Program-made: the position numbers and the translations under genes
Source of the DNA: Octopus bimaculoides
Lineage: Eukaryota
Length of the DNA: 64,000 bases
Direction: 5' to 3'
Assembly (NCBI RefSeq): GCF_001194135.2
Contig: NC_068982.1
Coordinates: forward strand, 166,838,417-166,902,416
Shown: positions 1 to 14,108 of the stretch, piece by piece
Layout of the letters: each line of letters opens with the position of its first letter
Position numbering within the stretch: position 1 is the first letter of the stretch
Notes under the pieces: model-generated
Database searches by the model: none
Told to the model about the DNA's origin: nothing
What the model saw: the letters and a program-made list of their open reading frames with translations, nothing else

Positions 1-1245
1 GCTAATCTTTTCAAAAAATACCATTCATATACTACCGTGTGTGAATAATATTTTTAAGGTCAACATTTACTCACTCATGACCACTTCTAGCCTTTGTAAC
101 TAACTCAGTTTTTCCCCAAATCAGATGATGTTTTACATTTTTAGATTGGTCATATCATTTAGGGCTAAAAACTTTGAAAATTGGTTCTGTAGAGAAAACG
201 TTTGAGTCAAATATGTGAGTTAAATATGTGAGATCACAAACGGGAAAATAACGCCTGAAATCGACTTTGAGTTCAAATATTTTTTTCTTTTTGAATAAAT
301 CTATATTTTATTCTAGCTTATATGATGGATCTCAACGACAGGAGTTTATCCATGTTAGTTATATGCAAAAATATCCAGTAGAAAAAGAGTACTGAGGCAA
401 AAACCAGGCTAAAAACAGAAGATCAACGCCTGAAATCGACTTTAACTCCAAATATTATTCATCTTTCAAAGGAAAACTATATTTAAATTTAACTTTTCTG
501 ATAGAACTCGACTACAGGAATCCCATGATGCTAATTATAAAAAAAATTAATAAAAACCACTTAGGCCAAATGTGCCGAAAACAGTGGTAACGCCTAAAAA
601 CAAATTCAACACCTAAACATTTTGTTTTTGTGTAAAAAAATTTGTTTTTGTTTAGCTCATGTGATAGAACTCATTAATACGAGTGCCGTGGTGCTAATCT
701 TTTCAAAAAATATTCAAAAGGAAAAAAGTTATTATATAAACTAAATGTGCCAAAAGTACATAAAACAATTTTCAAGTAATATTATTACTTATCTATAGAA
801 CTAAGACGACGAGCTGGCAGAGTCGTTAACACGCAAGGTGAAATTTTCGCGGCATTTCGTCTGAGTTCGAATTCTGTCAAGGTCGTCTTTGCTTTTTATC
901 TTGTAGGTACTCGATAAAATGAGTTTCAGCTGAGTACTGAGGTCGATGTAATCAACTTCTCTCCCATCCAGATTTGGTGACCTTCAGCCAAAATTAGAAA
1001 TCAATATTGCAAAATTGTTTGATCAAATTCAGTATTTAAGTATCTTGCAAAGATCTACTTCGCATTCTTAGAATACACTATGTTTTTTTTTTTTACCAAA
1101 TTTGATGTTTATACATTTTTAGATTGGTCAACCCCTAAGCTACATTTTGAGTTACAAAATTTTTAATTTGGTTCGGTAGAAAAACGTTGAGATTTCAAAT
1201 ATGTGAAGTCAAAAGGGGGAGAATAACGCCTGAAATCGACATCAG
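1..1245. repeat. Degenerate ~170-bp tandem repeat interrupted by a SINE
   Basis: AACGCCTGAAATCGAC recurs at ~250, ~425 and ~1225, with a variant at ~588. GCTAATCTTTT(T)CAAAAAATA occurs at 1 and ~693. Segment 105-265 aligns by eye with 1090-1240. Confidence 0.6.
805..1015 (+). mobile_element. Decayed SINE, family A
   Basis: GAGCTGGCAGAGTCGTTAAC...GAGTTCGAATTC...GTCGATGTAATC matches the better copies at 47705 and 14987. Confidence 0.75.
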
Positions 1246-1542
1246 GGATATACACGCTGCATACATATTTTCGTAAATACACGCGTACACGCGCACACAC
1301 ACGCACACACATGCAAATACACATAAGTAACTTTTAAAACGTTCATGAAGGGAAACAAAGGTGACTGTGACGAATACGAAGCTTTAAGGAGAGTAAGGAG
1401 AGTAAATTGACAATTGATGACAATTGGACTCTTTTCTGCTGTCTATCGTAAACACTCACACACAGACACAGACACACAGACACACACACATACATACATA
1501 CATACACACACACATACATACATACATACATACATACATACA

Positions 1543-1576
<34 letters not shown>

Positions 1577-4500
1577 CATACATACATACATACATACATA
1601 CATACATACTTATTGCAGAAAATTGTTACTGAGGTTTAAAGTTCAATCATTTTCACCTAATCAGAAAACAGGATTTAGAAGCTGGCATTTTCTGCATGAT
1701 AGTTGTCTATCACAAAATGAAAACAAAATCTTTATACGAGGAGGAATTTTTATTAAACAAACGAAAGCAAAGAACTACGACGACTAAAGTTGTAAGAACT
1801 TCTGAAATTTTAATAAGTGTTTTGTTTGCTTTTAAACTTTAATTCAGTATTAAGAGTAGCAGAATTTAGATTATTATTTCTTATGGTAAATTGACAAGGT
1901 TTTTGCTTTCAGAGTAGGCAGGATTCAAATTTTTCAGAGTAGCGGGATTCATATTTTATATTTTCAGGCAAGTTGACAAGAACAGTAGCTGAATTGCGGG
2001 CTTTATTTTCATTTTGCATGAATTTCGACTAACAAATTTTGCACTAACAAGGGCAGGTGGCTCCTCCTGCCTTACGGTGAATGCATTGGCTATTTTTGCA
2101 TTTTTAAAAACAAGTGGATTATATTTTATTTACAGAAATTGCAGTCTTAAATTGGTTTATGAAAATTGGATTATAATATGGAATTTAAACATATATATGA
2201 AAACTTCATTTAAAAAAATTTTATTCCTCAAAATTTAATGATACAATATTGTTTCTTTCAATGGGCAGACCTGAAGTTTTCTAGGAATGCTGTTCAGAGA
2301 AAGCAAATGGGCAGGTGGCATTTTTAAAATCATTTTTATATTAGCCAATGCAACGAAACCTTGTCCAGATAACTTTTTCTTACTTTTAGAATTTAAGAAA
2401 AAACATGTGAAAATGAAAAAAAAAAACACAACATAACTTTTTTATTTTAATGAAAAATAATTCAGATATTTTTTAACAAAAGAATAATTATTAGTTTTAT
2501 TGCATTGCCTGAAAAAAAAGTGGATTACAATGAAAAATGTGGGCGCATGCATATTAACATTCTTAAGTTATTACACCTGGAAAAGTACAGAACAAGATTG
2601 CTATAGTAAAATTTGTCTTGTTCGTCACTTCTGAAGGAAACTAAAAAGTACTTAAAATTAAAATTCTACTGTACTTAAAATATCGCAGTCGAGAATAACA
2701 TTTTTAAAATTAAAGTATATATTATATTAGGTAAATCTGAGATAATTTATTTTCTTTATTATGAGAATCTAAAAAACAAGTAAATCATGGTGTAAAAATA
2801 ATCAAAAATAAATTTGAACATTTTTTTTAATCATGTCTTTTGAAATATACAATTAAAATAGTCATTTTATTTAGTTGTATCAAGTATAAACAATAAAATA
2901 TGAAGTTGTAGATAATATTGCACAAGATTTTATTTTTCATTTGAATTGAAATCCCATTACAAAATAAACATTGATTGCAGCAGAATGGTCACTAAATGGT
3001 TTCAAATCAACCATATGCTTAGTCAATTATTCCACATTAAAAAAAAATTAATCTGACAAATAAATAAGTAAAATTTGTTAGTCAGAATTGATACAGTAGA
3101 ATTAGCCTAATTCGTCTTTGGCTAATTCGTTACTTCACCGAATTCGTCACTTTTNNNNNNNNNNNNNNNNNNNNNNNNNNNNNNNNNNNNNNNNNNNNNN
3201 NNNNNNNNNNNNNNNNNNNNNNNNNNNNNNNNNNNNNNNNNNNNNNNNNNNNNNNNNNNNAGACTTAAATAATTTTGCTTTAATATTTTTTTTTCTGAAA
3301 ATAATAAAAATTCCTGGAGTTATACATAAAAAGAGTTTCTGAATATAAGCCCATAGGTTTAAAATTAGATGGGGTTATTTGTGGAAGAACCCACTAATGT
3401 TTTTATAATTTTTGTTATAATAAAATATAGTAAATTTTTAAAATGTTATTTTCGATTGCATAATTTTAATTTTAAGTACTTTTTAGCTTCCTTTAGAGGT
3501 GACGAGTTAGGCAAATTCTACTGTAGAAATCTTGTTCTGTACTTTTCCAGGTGTAATAACTTAAGAATATTAACATACATGCGCGCGCATTTTACATTGT
3601 AATGTAAGTATTGTCATCACAGTAAATACTTATATACTGAAATTACATTATTTGAAAATGTTTCAACATTAACTTCCTCCTCATTTGCAAATAATTTTGG
3701 TTTCATCTAAGGTTTTCTGGTAATGGTTGGAACCTGACCTCACAATACATGGTATTTATCATAAGCTCAGATAGATTACATTCGTTCTAAAACTTAGCTA
3801 AACAGTGTTGCATATCAGATACAACCTCAATATGAAAGTTATCGCTGTTAGCCAAAATAAAAGTCGTGTAATTTGACACTAATGTTTGGTCTTGGGATCG
3901 AGTGGACTACATTAGATAATTATAAACCCATCAGGAATTTCAAGATAATTCAGATGTCTTTAGTTTTTTAAATTATCTTATTATAACTGCATGAGAAATT
4001 TGGAAAGAATATTGTTTATTTGACATTTTATGACTAAGAGAGTTAAAACGAAATTTACATCAACTAACGTCTTCCTTTGCATGTCGATATAGAATAACGT
4101 TATAATTGAAATAATCTGACACGACTGATATTTTTTAAGTATATCTTTCCTTCTCTGGTAATTTTGTATGTCAAAGATTTATTTGTCATGTATCTGTAAA
4201 TGATTCTTAATTGAACATAACCACAAACATTATGTATAGCTTGACTACGATCATTTTTCTTTTGTAGTTGACAAGAGGTGAAGATCGTGATCATTATAAA
4301 TCCACGACTTTATGAATGCATATTCTTATCACATGTTCGTCATGTTTTTGTTGTCTTGTACTAGTTAAAGGCATTTTGACAGATTAATTATCAACGATAA
4401 TACATTTCTTTTGGAATGTCACTGATATTTGAGCCTAGTAAGGTCCTGGTTAGATTTCAGCTGAAATAAGATGGCAATACTTTGAACAAATGTCTTTTAA

Positions 4501-6703
4501 AGAATATTTGTTTCAAAATAAGTGAAAGAGCAGTGTTTGTGATGGCAATTTAGATGCTTATTTATAATTTAAGGCGGAGTACTTCATTACTGATAGCTTT
4601 GCCAGTGCCATTTCCTTATTATTTTTTTGTTTTCAGATTGTGGTATTATGCTCTCCGCCAAGTATATCATTGTAATTGCCACGAAATATAATTTGATTTT
4701 AGATATTCATCTAAAAACGTTATATACATCTTAAATTGTTTCTTTTTTTCTTTGTCTTCATGGTTTGTCATTTTAATTGTGCAGTAGTTGAGAGGTGTAA
4801 CATGCTTCGTTTTGTGGAGATGCTTTTGCATTAGTAAAACATTTTAAGAAGACAATATGTTTACCAAGCTAAAGGACTACTATCTTTCTGCTCTTAGCGA
4901 ATATATATTTCTAGTTGGGTTTTTGACACTCACTGAATTAAATGTTAACATTATCTTTACTATAGTGTTTTTTAATTTATTTTTTATATGGATGATGTCC
5001 CTAGGTAATTTAGATTTTTCAGATAATCCTGTTCCAACGAGTGCGGCATTATCAAAATAGCCTCTAGATGGTAAGCACTCAATGACGAAAGTTCTTTTTG
5101 TATTAGAAAATTTATATTGCCGAGAAAAGAAGAGTTATTTATGTATTACGAATAAATTTTTTACCTTTCACTTTATTGCAATATATAGGCCATCTTTCCA
5201 ACTCCATCCTTATTTAAGTTGGATACTGAGGAGGATTACTCAATCGCTCATATAATCAAAATGGTGATTCTTTATTATATCTTCGTCTTCTTTTTTTTAC
5301 TTTTGTCACCAACCCATGAATAGGGAGGGATCAATAATGTAATGAAAAGTGAACACCAATTAATTTGTTTAATGTGATATGTCCCTGTACTACACCATTT
5401 TCACCCACATTCTCGTATCAAAAACAAATTCGTAAACTAAATCAAATCTGAAGAACGTTTATATGGAAATGTAAGTTTTTCTTTCTGTGCATTTCTTAAT
5501 CGTTTTCCGTTGGCCTGTCCAAGCCAGAAATTCTCTTTTACATGTGGTGCACACACTTGTATGTATGTGCCACATGAACACTATTGGAAAACCTACCAAT
5601 CGAAAGTGTTCATAAAAATGCCAAAGTGTAAGATTGATAGTTCGTTCGGTGCATACTTTATCGCAATAAATCGCTAGCTGAGAAATACACGGCCTTTGTT
5701 TACTCACAGTTCTATTTACACAGTAGGCTGCTGAGGATATTATCCAGTCGTTATCAGGATCAATATATTTTTCTTCTTTTGCATTTTGACATTGTTTTGG
5801 TCTACAACCTATATGATGAAAATCTCCGCGGAAACCTACAAAGTATCGAATAAAAAAACGACTAAAATTTATATTAGTTGCTTCTCACATAGTCTGTCAA
5901 GATGACACTTTGTCCGTGAGTCAGTATGTTTGTATGTCTGTGAATAGATGTATACGTGTGTATGTGTGTGCGTGTGTGTGTGTGTGCGTATGTGTATTTA
6001 TGCTTTGGCTTTTTTCCCCATTCTTTGAATTTTTCCTCTAAGATGAAGCTGGTCTCTAAAAAGCAAAGTTTCGTCACTGAAATTTAAATAACAATAACAG
6101 AAAAGAGTTACATGTTAAATTTTAAAAGTCTTGCATATTTTCACTGCTTTACTTCGATTAAAATCGCTGAAAATTAGTTATATGGTCACTTTCGATACTT
6201 GAAACCCCAATTTTTCCAGATTATTGCTTAGTAAAATGACCATTTGAGCCAATGGTTTCAGCTACAATATAAATGTACAATAACGACTGTTCTGTATGTG
6301 TGTTCTGGTTTAATTTTTATATTTCTTCACCTAAAGAGAAAGTACAGGCTTCCAACAATGAAACAAGGCTTTTTCATTGCAATTTAGACATCAACTAGTT
6401 AGTCATATATGTATGCATCTACAAAAGTACATATACATACATGCAAGCTGTTCCATGCGTCGGTTTATATGTTTTGAATTATGTTTCACTATGCCAAAAT
6501 ATGTTTACTGACACAGTGCAATTGGTTGCAGTTCTATACGCACATGTATATATCGCAGTCAGATGAAAGTCTATATTGACACACATAAACAAACAAACAC
6601 AAAGTATACACACTCACATACACAAGCAAACGCACTTACTGCAATCAGATGCAGTTCTTCCGCAAGCAACTCACACACAATTGTGTACTCCACTGGAATA
6701 CTT

Positions 6704-6748
<45 letters not shown>

Positions 6749-6766
6749 CTTTCTTTCTCTCCCCCC

Positions 6767-6799
<33 letters not shown>

Positions 6800-6999
6800 A
6801 CACACACACAACACACAACACGCACACGCTCATCTTTACTGCATAAACCTGTGTCTCTCACTCCCTCTCTCTCACAAACGCTCGCATGTGACATACATAA
6901 ATTCACACACAGATACACATAAACACAAATATATGTAAAAAGCAGATTAAAGGGATCATAAACAAAGTGTCTTGCAACAGAACGGTATGTCACGTACAA

Positions 7000-8100
7000 C
7001 TAAGCCTGATTTTCTAAAGAATTTTTCGTACATGCAGATTCCGCAGAATCTAACTGACCGGTGCTGATCACCTTGTAGTGCTGCAAATAATCTCTTCATG
7101 CATCTTGCAATACAAACAATCATCACTAATCAATATGTAATACACACACACACACACAACCTGCCTTATATAAATATAGATACATATGCACGAAAATATG
7201 TATATATTTGCATAACTTCCTTTTCTTTATTTCTTTAGTATGATTTATTTACCACTGCTAAAGATATGTTGAAATACTGCTTGCAGATTTGAATGTCCTA
7301 TCTCCTGCACGTTGTCTCTGTGTATGTCCAAAGGTACAATATTTAGTTTTTTTCTTTTTCTCTTCAGTATACATGGCATCGCCTGTTGATGGAGTAATGA
7401 AGTGAATTGACTGAAGGTGCTCTACTTTGGTTGTAATGAACCTGGTGCAAGGAAATTAACCACTACATATAATTAAAATGTGTTACTGGACGCTATAAGT
7501 AAAGATTAGCACCTTTTGTCGACTACAAATAAGCATGTTACTTTTAAAAAAAGGGAGCGAGAGAACAAGTCATTGAGATAAGAGAAACGGTGTCACTTAG
7601 ACGGCTTAGCAGCTCTCTGGCTAGGATTACCACTTTTTTTATAGCTGTTAACCATGCTTCTTGAATTTTCGACCAAATTGTTTGGCAAGGAAACTGGCTT
7701 ACTTCGTTTGAAGTTTTGCCGCCTCATCTTAAGTCGACCAGTGCTGACTAGTTGAGCCATATTTGCGTAGGCGTTCATACCTTTTAGGACGATACTTTTC
7801 CTTTTACAGAAATATATTTGCTCGTAGTACTAGACTAGGAAGATCTGAGAGTTATGGTTTAAATTTCAACCGGAGTCTCGCTATAATGCATATTCATCTT
7901 TCAATCTCTCACAGTGCCTCTCTTGAAGACAAACGTCAGAGGCGAAAAACCAATGCAGCTGCATCATCAAACCCTGAATAACCATACCCCTGTCATCACT
8001 GCAGTCGGATATGTCGATCCCATATCGGCCTTATTTGCCACGATCGAATGCGCAGAGGACATGGACAGCAGCCTTTCTAATCTTCGTCAGAGAAGCCAAG
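7000..8100 (-). mobile_element. Heavily decayed hAT-superfamily transposase remnant
   Basis: Minus-strand translation through stops and frameshifts gives, in the expected order, GFDDAAAL (cf. GYDGAxxM), a HxxxHRLNL-like segment, YRPKRYERL (cf. SPKRxxxL), HWST*DEA (cf. TRWSxRxxA), ARELLSRL and a PVxSxSAE-like dimerisation segment near 7050. Confidence 0.5.
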
Positions 8101-8591
8101 CCAAGTAAAAATATAGTTCAAATTTACAGAAAAACAAAAAACGAAGACAGGTATAAGAACAACAAGCAGGGGTCGATAAATTAAATACCAGTTGTGTACT
8201 GGGGTCGATCCAATCGACTGGCCCCTCTCCCAAAATTTCGGGCCTTGTACCTATAATAGAAAGGATCATTTTTTTTTTTCTTGAAATACAGTCTATCGAT
8301 AACAGTATTTCTGTAGACGTTTCCATTTCATGTTAGGATCTTATTGGCATTCCTATCGATCTCTTATACTCTACTCTAGTATCCTACTTGTTGGTACCAG
8401 TACTGAAGAGGCATTGAAGAATATTTTATATATGTATATATATCAATATGATATTTGTATGTATGTAAATACTTAGTTACATATATATGCGTGTACGTAT
8501 GCACATATGTATGTATGTATGTATGTATGTATGTTTGTATATATGTAAGCATGTTTGTATGTACGTATGTATGAATGTGTGTATGCGTGTT

Positions 8592-8683
<92 letters not shown>

Positions 8684-9180
8684 TGTGTGCGTGTGTGCGT
8701 GTGCGCGCCTGCATGTGTTTCATAGTGTTTATATAAATATATTAGTTAATTCATATTATGGCTTCGCATCGCTCACATCGCTATCCATATGGTATTAATC
8801 GAGTGAATATCAGTGATTCTGAAAGGACGTGAAGTGAAGGTAGAAGTGATAGTTTAACGTGATGCAATGTAATATATGATGTCATCAGCATGGAGAAAAA
8901 TATGGCTGTGACCGCAGGTGGTCATTAACCCATTTTTTTATATTTAATATGGATAGAGGGTGGAGTAATATATTATATTTTCAGTCAAACATAGATTGCG
9001 TTGCTTTTCACTTTCATACTTGAAGGAAACTTCTCTATACAAAATATGAGATTTTGAAGTCTTCTTTTTGTTATTTATTTATTCATTTATTTATTTAATT
9101 ACTTACTTGTCACAGTGTACCTTAGCTATTTTCACTGGAGTGATGTTCGAATGATTTCGTATGCTTGTGTAACTGCTCCT

Positions 9181-9563
9181 GGAGGTGCAATGGCCCAGTG
9201 GTTAGGGCAGCGGACTCGCGGTCGTAGGATCGCGGTTTCGATTCCCAGACCGGGAATTGTGAGTGTTTATTGAGTGAAAACACCTAAAGTTCCACGAGGC
9301 TCCAGCAGGGGATGGTGGCGAACCCTGCTGTACTCTTTCACCACAACTTTCTCTCACTCTTTCTTCCTATTTCTGTTGTACCTGTATTTCAAAGGGTCAG
9401 CCTTGTCACACTCTGTGTCACGCTGAATCTCCCCGAGAACTACGTTGAGGGTATACGTGTCTGTGGAGTGCTCAGCCACTTGCACGTTAATTTCATGAGC
9501 AGGCTGTTCCGTTGATCGGATCAACAGGAACCCTCGTCGTCGTAACCGACGGAGTACCAACCC
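9181..9563 (+). mobile_element. Full-length tRNA-derived SINE, family C, with 11-bp TSD
   Basis: A box TGGCCCAGTGG and B box GGTTTCGATTCCC in the head. TSD TAACTGCTCCT at 9170-9180 and 9564-9574. Confidence 0.9.
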
Positions 9564-10195
9564 TAACTGCTCCTAAATGTATTCTCATTACGGTTTTTAT
9601 ATAAAATAGCTTAGATTTTTGCCAAGTATTTCCACCAGACTTAATTGGAAAAGCTATACATGGCCATGGTCAGAGGGTTCTTTACAAAATTGTGTGTGTC
9701 GGCCGACAAGGAAGGAGCTGAAGTAGTGTGGTGTGCTAATCTCTACATGAAAAAAAAAAAAAAACGTTCCAATATCTTGTAACCATACATTCTATCACTC
9801 CTACCCTTCGTCCCACACCTTCCTACCAACAGCGTGTACCCTCTACTAACCAAGAACTCATTTCTCCCTCCGCCTCCCCCTATCGTCACCGACCTTATTG
9901 TCCAAACACTCCTACCTCTACCATCTATTTCCTCGCCAAGATTCTTAAACCCAATAACNNNNNNNNNNNNNNNNNNNNNNNNNNNNNNNNNNNNNNNNNN
10001 NNNNNNNNNNNNNNNNNNNNNNNNNNNNNNNNNNNNNNNNNNNNNNNNNNNNNNNNNNNNNNNNNNNNNNNNNNNNNNNNNNNNNNNNNNNNNNNNNNNN
10101 NNNNNNNNNNNNNNNNNNNNNNNNNNNNNNNNNNNNNNNNNNNNNNNNNNNNNNNNNNNNNNNNNNNNNNNNNNNNNNNNNNNNNNNNNNNNNNN

Positions 10196-10500
10196 CAAAG
10201 CCTTGTGAGTGGATTTAGTAGACGGAAACTGAAAGAAGCCCGTCGTATATATGTATATATATATGTGTGTGTGTGTGTGTGTTTGTGTGTCTGTGTTTGT
10301 CCCCCTAGTATTGCTTGACAACCGATGCTGGTGTATTTATGTCCCCGTAACTTAGCGGTTCGGCAAAAGAGACCGATAGAATAAGTACTAGGCTTACAAA
10401 GAATAAGTCCCGGGGTCGATTTGTTCGACTTAAGGTGGTGCTCCAGCATGGCCGCAGTCAAATGACTGAAACAAGTAAAAGAGTAAAAGAGTAAAAAGAG
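10196..10500 (+). mobile_element. SINE family B, 3' two-thirds (head lost in gap)
   Basis: AAAGCCTTGTGAGTGGATTT...internal (TG)n...CATGGCCGCAGTCAAATGACTGAAACAAGTAAAAGAG tail, shared with the copies at 22081, 23455 and 49631. Confidence 0.9.
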
Positions 10501-11069
10501 TATGTATCAGACGGAAATAGGTACTGGAGTAGAGGCCGACTAAAATCTTGCTGACTGAAACCAGTAAAAGAGTAAAATTAAAGTATATGATCACTAAATT
10601 GGTTCAACGAAGGGTTGGTGAGTTTTAAATGGGCGTTATTATGAGAAGAAAAACAAAAACAAAAAAAAAGCGAATCCAAAATTCCAGAAAGGTAGAGAAG
10701 ATTCTTATTTTCTGTTATGAAATTTAATGATTTGTCACACTGTACAGAGAGCTTAGTGGATTACATCAAGCCCAGCAACTGACTTTTTTTTTATCGATGA
10801 AAGGCCAAATTGACCTCGGCAAGATTTGAACTCAGAACAAAGAACCATCGCTTGAAATATAATGGCGGGTAGAAGGGCTTAGACAATTCAATCGAGCCCA
10901 GTATTTGACGAGTACTTTATTTTATCGACCTCAAAGGGATGAAAGGTGAACGTGGCCTCGGTGGAACGTGTCCACAGTTTTGCTTTTCCATGATCATGTA
11001 CGGATAGAAAATTGTGCTAATTATAATATATACTATTTAGAATATATCCTCAGACATGAACGGGGAGTG

Positions 11070-11720
11070 AATTTTTTTCCCACGAGAGTTCCAGACTCCA
11101 GTAATGAACTCATTTGCATACAACCAATCACAGTAGAGTCACCTTTATCCTTTCTTCCTTTCTAGTCAGCACCGTGCATTCCTTACTCTTTCCCTCTCTA
11201 CTGGCAGACAGCAACTTCTCCGTCCTCTAACTATCTGTCAGGCAAACGAATAAATATATGTAAATAATATTTCTTCCTTCTTAGTGTTGATCCTTCGATG
11301 TTCACTGGTTATTCCGACATTGGCACAATAATACACTTGCCCAAACTGAATTGCTGGAGTTATTTCATTTTTTCCAGAAAAATGTTTTTAAAAAGTTATA
11401 GAGGTTTAAAGTTTGATCATTTTCACCCAGTCAGGAAATAGAATTATAGAAGTGTATTATTGTGCCAACGTCGGAGTAACCAGTGAACATCGAAGGATCA
11501 ACACCAAGAAGGAAGAAATATTATTTACATATATTTATTCATTTGCCTGGCAGGCAGTTAGAGGACGGAGAAGTTGCTGTCTGCCAGTAATGTGGAAAAG
11601 ATCAAGGGATGCACGGTGCTGACTAGCAAGGAAGAAAAGATGAAAGTGGCTCTGCTGTGATTGGCTGTATGCAAATAAGTTCATTACTGGGATCCGGAAC
11701 TCTCGTGGGGAAAAAAATTT
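11070..11720. mobile_element. Foldback/MITE-like element with ~270-bp inverted arms and a 110-bp spacer
   Basis: 11070-11338 is the reverse complement of 11450-11720, with scattered mismatches. Confidence 0.85.
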
Positions 11721-11824
11721 CTCGAACGGAGATATAAAATCATAAACTGTGACTAAGTGATATAAGTACATAACAAAGACAGTATGTGATTAATTGGCTA
11801 TAATATTCTAGAATAGATATGGCA

Positions 11825-12260
11825 TGCTGGCAAGAAAATTGAAGAGAACCACCCAGTTATCATAATCGTCGACTGAAAGAATAATCTTTGCACGTTGATA
11901 GACGTCACGATCCCTTCCAACCAAATTCTCACCCGGAAGGAAGTCCAAAAGCTATCAATGTATAAACATTGAAACGAAAATAAGCAGGATGTCGAGTATG
12001 AGAATATAAACAGTGCTAGCAATAGTTAGCTCTCCGGGTAAAGTATGAACTTGAACACTATACAGTCTAAAGTAAAGCCCTACCACGTACAGCATACATT
12101 CAACTCAAGACCACTAAAATTAAGTAAAGCTATTCACACAACACATACTCTGTATATTCGCTCACAACACTAGGTAAGAAAATTTTCTATAAATTCTCTC
12201 TACAGAGGCGTCTAACAATCATACAAAACAACACAATGAGGTTACATGGACAGGAGCGAG
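11825..12260 (+). mobile_element. R4/Dong-like non-LTR retrotransposon 3' remnant (REL endonuclease)
   Basis: Translation KKIEENHPVIIIVD*KNNLCTLIDVTIPSNQILTRKEVQKLSMYK fits the PD..D..P..E.EK..KY REL motif. Confidence 0.7.
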
Positions 12261-12699
12261 ATGTGTTTCGTTTCGCCTGGTTTTGAAGTATATTACGTTT
12301 TTAAGACTCTGCGTCTTTAAAGGGGCCTTCTCCAGACAAAAAACCACAGCCTAAAAGCGCTTAACAACACACATACATTAAGTGACATTGAAAAAAAATA
12401 TATAAGATTAAAAGTTAAAAAGTAGGGGATTTTAGCTGCGTAAGGCAAATCAGAGCAGTAAGATTGATTCATCTCTTCCTTTGGGTACTTCCGCAGTTGT
12501 GGTATCTACGTTAATGTTGGTGGAATGAGCGACTATAGTAAGAGAAGGTGGTTCGCTCACATGTTGATCCAATTAATTGTCTGCTGAGTATCTTTTATTT
12601 TCTTTTACATTGTAGTTGTTTTGCTTCTTTCTTCTTGAATTTTGTTCTTTTTTCTTATTTTCTCTTCAGCTTTTCTTTTAAACTAGGGATGGTCTCATA

Positions 12700-13360
12700 C
12701 AATGCAGATCTCACTACCACCGCCACCGCAGCTACCAAGAACTACAACAACAATAACAATAACAATTGAAATAAAATAGGCCAACACCAACTACCCCCAT
12801 AACTCCACCCACCCCCATTTCCCTTCAGCCCCACAATCATCAGCCACCCACTTCTCACATTCAACATGTACCAGCGACACCACCCGCCATGGTCGTTTCC
12901 GATGAATCCGCTGCCAAATGGCGCAACTACTGTCTCCACCTTCGCCATCACTGTTATCATCATCAGCAACAACAACAATAACAACAACAACAACAACCAT
13001 AACAACAATGCTTGCAGCTTTCCTTTCCAATATCACTGCCGAAAAACCTTTAGCCATCATCATTATCCTCACCAAAGCAACCACCGCCACTGACGCCAAC
13101 ACCACCACCAACACCACTACCGCCACCACCACCACCACCATTACCATCAACACAACTACCATCATCACCACCACAACCATCATCGCTACCACCACCACCA
13201 TCATCACCAACACCACCACCATCATCCCAAACACCACCACTAACACTACCACCACCATCACAGCTTCTACCCCTCGTCATCAGCCCACTTACAACACCTT
13301 ATCACACAACTGTAAATAGCGTCACGAATATCACAATTGTTACGACCACCAACAACACTG
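12700..13360. repeat. Compound trinucleotide low-complexity tract (CAC/CAA/CAT)
   Basis: Runs of (CAC)n, (CAA)n and (CAT)n. The ORFs here are low-complexity by-products. Confidence 0.85.
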
Positions 13361-13637
13361 ACAATGTTCTCTCGCACATTTTTTTCTTCCTCCATCTGAA
13401 GACACACACACACACACACACACGCACACACACACACACGCATGTATGCTTACCATTACACACTCAACATATCTCACAGTTCTTGGGTTAATATTTCAGG
13501 CCATCCATGGAAAGTCCGAAAGTTTTCTGCTGATTCCTTATATATTGTATCCACTCAACAAAAGTTGCAATAAGCCTTCCGACCTTCAATAAGGCTCAGA
13601 ATGTCATTGATGTTGTTGTTGTTGTTTTTGATGCTGC

Positions 13638-14041
13638 GGCACTTTTTGGTTATCTCACCCCCATTAAAAAATCGGGTTATTTTCCCTCACTAAAAAATGT
13701 TTTAACCCTCAATAAAACAAAAACAAAAAAGTAATGAAAAAATTAATAAACATGAAAAGTGGAAAGATTAAACATCTTATTGAATCTAATAATATTTTTA
13801 TAACAAATTATAGAAAACTGAAAAAATTAATAAACATGAAAACGGAAAAAATTAAACAACAAATCATTCTATGCCTATTGAGGAGGCCAAAAGTCAACAG
13901 TGTGTTGAAGTATTGAATCAAAAGGATCTAACCCTTTTAATCCAAGCTCTTGTCGCTACATAAACACAACTTTTTAGTGAGGATATAACCGAATTTTTTA
14001 AGAGCAATTTTTTAATGGGGGTGAAATAACCAACGAGTACC
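13638..14041. mobile_element. MITE with GG termini and near-perfect 8-bp TSD (Merlin-like, second family)
   Basis: Left GGCACTTTTTGGTTATCTCACCCCCATTAAAAAAT versus reverse complement of the right end GGTACTCGTTGGTTATTTCACCCCCATTAAAAAAT. Flanks are GATGCTGC and GATGCTCC. Confidence 0.75.
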
Positions 14042-14069
14042 GATGCTCCTATTGTTGTCGTTGTTGTGG

Positions 14070-14077
14070 TGGGTCTT

Positions 14078-14108
<31 letters not shown>

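Noticed and set aside
5023-5070. 48-bp segment with a good acceptor and a GTAAGC donor
   Set aside because: All three frames contain stops and no partner exon is identifiable. At most a UTR exon, which sequence alone cannot support.
7729-9178. Apparent in-phase minus-strand three-exon chain including an NKAD small-GTPase-like motif (7988-8081), and plus-strand ORF 7914-8108
   Set aside because: The same DNA is better explained by ordered hAT transposase motifs in other frames, and there are no G1 or G3 GTPase motifs.
9184-9255. tRNA gene
   Set aside because: It is the head of a TSD-flanked SINE and lacks a complete acceptor stem.
10445-10490. Family B SINE tail AGTC-AAAT-GACT-GAAAC-AA-GTA resembling hammerhead stem II and stem III
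   Set aside because: No CTGANGA box upstream in any copy.
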